From contig CBDCJV010000002.1 in assembly GCA_965217895.1 (NCBI GenBank), forward strand, positions 2,016,001-2,080,000: a stretch of DNA of 64,000 bases, given 5' to 3'. Shown here in pieces: positions 61,070 through 64,000 of this stretch. The notes under the pieces are model-generated. The model saw only the letters and a program-made list of their open reading frames with translations, searched no databases and was not told the origin of the DNA. Source of the stretch: Waterburya sp. (GTDB lineage: Bacteria; Cyanobacteriota; Cyanobacteriia; Cyanobacteriales; Xenococcaceae). The position numbers and the translations under genes were made by a program. Every line of letters begins with the position of its first letter. Position 1 is the stretch's first letter.

Positions 61070-61936
61070 CTACCACCTAAATCTAGCTACACAATCTAGA
61101 AAATAGGCTTCGTTTGTACCTACTCTTACTACTGGAACTCCAATAATGTTATCCATTTTTACCAAAAAGTTAAGTAAGTCATCTTTGCTTCTTCTAGCAT
61201 TAACCAAGTTTTGCATCTCATCAATAACTAACATCCCTAAGTGATGAGTATGAGCTAGTTGAGCTACCTGAGCCAACATATAATCTTCAGAGTTACGAGT
61301 TGAGCCAAATTTTTTAAAATAATTCGTGCCAAGCAAGAGATCGATTTCCTTGAAAATATCGATACATAATCCTTTTAGCGAACCAACGTGAGGACAATCT
61401 ACTTTAATCCATACAAGCTGATAAACGTTATATTCTGAATGGGCAATAACTTGAGGGTATAGATTGAGAATATTCTTTAAATTAGTGGATTTACCCATTC
61501 CTGAAGGACCGATTAGCGTAAAACCAGAAGCAGAGGTTGGTACATTGACATAATCTTCAATAGTTTTACCATTTCCTGTTTTGATGGCTTCATAGATTTG
61601 ATTGGCACGGCGAGCGTATTCTGGCTCGATAGGATTGCGAGCTAAGTAGCCTTGCATCAATAGAACGCTAACAATTCTTTGTAGTTCAAAAGTTTGATTC
61701 AAAGGAAAAAAATATCTTGATAATCTTTCAACGCAATGAAACCTAAATTGCGAGTCGAAAAATCTTTCCTCTTCCGCAAAATTAGGCATTCGAGTGACGC
61801 GATCGACAAATTCTTCATTAGAAAAAATTGCTGGTAATGCCCTAATCATGAGATTAGCATTGTACTCAGCAAGTTTTTGGTCGTTATAATCAGCAATTGC
61901 TGCTATTGTACCGTTTGAAATTTGTATTTGAGCCAT
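61070..61936 (-). pseudogene. tnsC: Tn7-like TnsC AAA+ ATPase, C-terminally truncated
   Basis: N.MI.ALP, GY..RNP, Walker A GPSGMGKS, KVDCPH.GSLKGLC and Walker B LVIDEMQ; homology ends after RVGTNEA. Confidence 0.88.
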
Positions 61937-61945
61937 TTTAAATTA

Positions 61946-64000
61946 TTATTTTTCTCTGTTTTTTTGCTCTCTGCGTTTTCTCGCGATCAGATTTAAATTT
62001 TTGCGTTTTACCGACTTGGAACTCGAATTTTCAGAATTTTCAGAAGATTGATGAGTAATCTTATGCTTTGATAGCCTGTTTTTTTCTAAATCTTAAGAAC
62101 GTTTATCTGCTTTTATCTTGACAGTGGCTTGCGACTCTTCTTGGCGGTCGCTTAATTCAAAACCTTCTTGTTCGCGTCGTTTTTCTTTTTCAAAGGCGCG
62201 ATTATCACGAATTCCTTTAACTCGTTCGTTTTTACTTAAGGTTTTATCTTTAACTACATCAGTTAAAGTTGTGGCTTGCTTCACTACCGATTCAATTTCA
62301 GACATCAAATTTATTTCCTGTTGAATTTGCTTACCCTGATATTTCTGATGTTGATAATTTTCATAAGCAAATAAATATTCTATGTCATCAAAAGGCTTTC
62401 CCTTATATTTATTATCAGGATCGATAATGAAACATTTTTCGTACTCTCTACCATTAGGCGAACGAAGATAAATAAAGTCTGGCTTTCTTGGATCGTATGA
62501 AATGTTTAATGATTTCTCATCTTTAGTTAGCAGTTTATTTCTAGCTCTTTCAAACCACTGCTCTTTGATAGCTTTGTCACATATATAGTAAAGATCTTTT
62601 TTAAACTTAATTCCCTTTGCAGTAATAGTTGCTTTTTCCGCAGGCATTAAATTCAGTTTGACAATATCCTCACTAAAAGTTTTGAGTTTTCCAGAACGAT
62701 TGCTAATTCCCCATTTCCAAAGTTCTCGAGGAATTGGTTCGATATCGTCCGTTATCATCATTTCTTCTCGATCATAGTTTTCTAAGAAATGATGATTATT
62801 GTGATGTCTAATTAAGTGAATAATGATTTCGGTAAATTGATTTGTGTCAAGTTTGGCATCCAAGCGATAGTCTTTTCCGCCTCTTTGTGTAAAGTTAATA
62901 TCTACATAACCTGGTAAAAATGGCTTGACTCGATCGTGAATAATACGAAAGTGTCTTTCCACTAAACCTTTCCAATCGGCTCGATAGGGAGCAGCATTTT
63001 CAATGCGAATTCCCAGATTGCTGATTAAAGTTTCGACTTTTTTACCTGCTAGTTCGCCACGATCGCCCAGAATAGCATCTGGTATATGATGTGCCAACCA
63101 TTCTTCTTCCTCAATCTCTATTCCATATTCAGCACAATATTCAACCTTATTTCTAGCAGCATTGACCAAAGCCATCATCATTCCGACCCACGAAGGTCCT
63201 TCCAAGCCAACATACACGCCAGTTATCATGCGACTAAAAACATCTATAACCACGTACACTACTGGTCTGCCACTAATCCAATTGCGATTGTAAGGTGAAA
63301 CTAAATAAACATCAGCAACAGTGGCATCGATTTGATAGCGAGAACCAGGACCAATTGATTCTTGTTTAGAGTTTCCTAAAATAGCTCGATGTTTGAGTGC
63401 AAAAGTTCTACTTGCTTTTCTAGAAGAAATAGTTTTTTTAATATCATTTTGTTCCTTATTATACCAATATCTAAATTGATTTAATGTTGGTCTTTTTTCG
63501 GGAGGAATCAGAATTGTTTTTTTAACACCGCGATTGTCAAATGTAATTTCTTCTGTATAGTATTCCTTGAGCATTAGCTTATATGCTGTAGTTAAAGAAT
63601 TTTTTTTGCGATTATTATAAAATTTGGTTATTGCTGTTCGGAAAGTTCTTCTATCTTCTTCTGTAATATTTATACCTTTACCTATTTCTGGAACAATACC
63701 GTACTTTCTAGGTCTACCTCTCTTTACACTATTCGATTTTCGCGTTGTACCTTTTCCCGCAGAATTAACATGATCTGGGATTAAGGCATTTTTGATCTTT
63801 CCTCGCTGCCAATATCTTCTTAGGTAACCGTATACTGTTTTTTCTACTACTTTTCCTTTAGTTTTTCCTTGATTATATTTTTCTACAACTTCTTTTACTA
63901 AAGAGCCTCGTAAATGTCTATAGTATATATCTGGTTCTTGAGTTACTAGTGATGAAATGATATTCCAGGCTTTATTTCTAATATCTATTTCTCTCTCTAA
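61946..64000 (-). pseudogene. tnsB: Tn7-like TnsB DDE transposase (5' end beyond the window; premature stop at 62093-62095)
   Basis: LRRYWQRG, KRGRP, GPGSRYQIDAT.AD, VIDVFSRMI.G, DRGE and KGLVERHF motifs; frame continues 48 codons past the TAA to a stop 10 bp before tnsC. Confidence 0.92.

Noticed and set aside
38207..64000. CRISPR-associated transposon (CAST) or CRISPR array
   Set aside because: No cas genes, tniQ or repeat-spacer array visible; the TnsA/B/C look like classic Tn7-type proteins
1..64000. Frequent GCGATCGC palindromes
   Set aside because: Ordinary cyanobacterial HIP1; their abundance in the PKS cluster only indicates long residence in HIP1-containing cyanobacteria

Overview
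AT-rich cyanobacterial chromosome segment: the HIP1 octamer GCGATCGC is abundant and psbA is present. Bases 1-38.2 kb are mostly core and envelope genes: an EAL-domain 3' end, pstC-pstA, a glycosyltransferase/flippase/sulfotransferase cluster, aroA, a Crp regulator, hom, vapBC, a P450, hrcA, a His kinase, dusA and psbA. This part also holds a group II intron relic and small repeats. From the psbA terminator to the window end lies an accessory island built from decayed Tn7-like elements. A tnsA stub with candidate abutting transposon ends sits at ~39.4-39.8 kb, and damaged tnsB-tnsC sit at 61-64 kb. Between them is an intact, co-oriented ~18 kb cluster. It encodes an enediyne-type iterative PKS (KS-AT-ACP-KR-DH-PPTase) with two fused hot-dog thioesterase domains, an RTX Ca-binding protein, a small membrane protein, two paralogous flavin-dependent halogenase-like enzymes, an alpha/beta hydrolase and a DevBCA-type exporter whose DevB is fused to a receiver domain. 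No enediyne E3/E4/E5 genes are recognisable. This cluster is the best candidate for an undescribed system, possibly a transposon-delivered pathway for an exported, perhaps halogenated, polyene/polyyne. All calls come from motif recognition by eye; no database searches were run.
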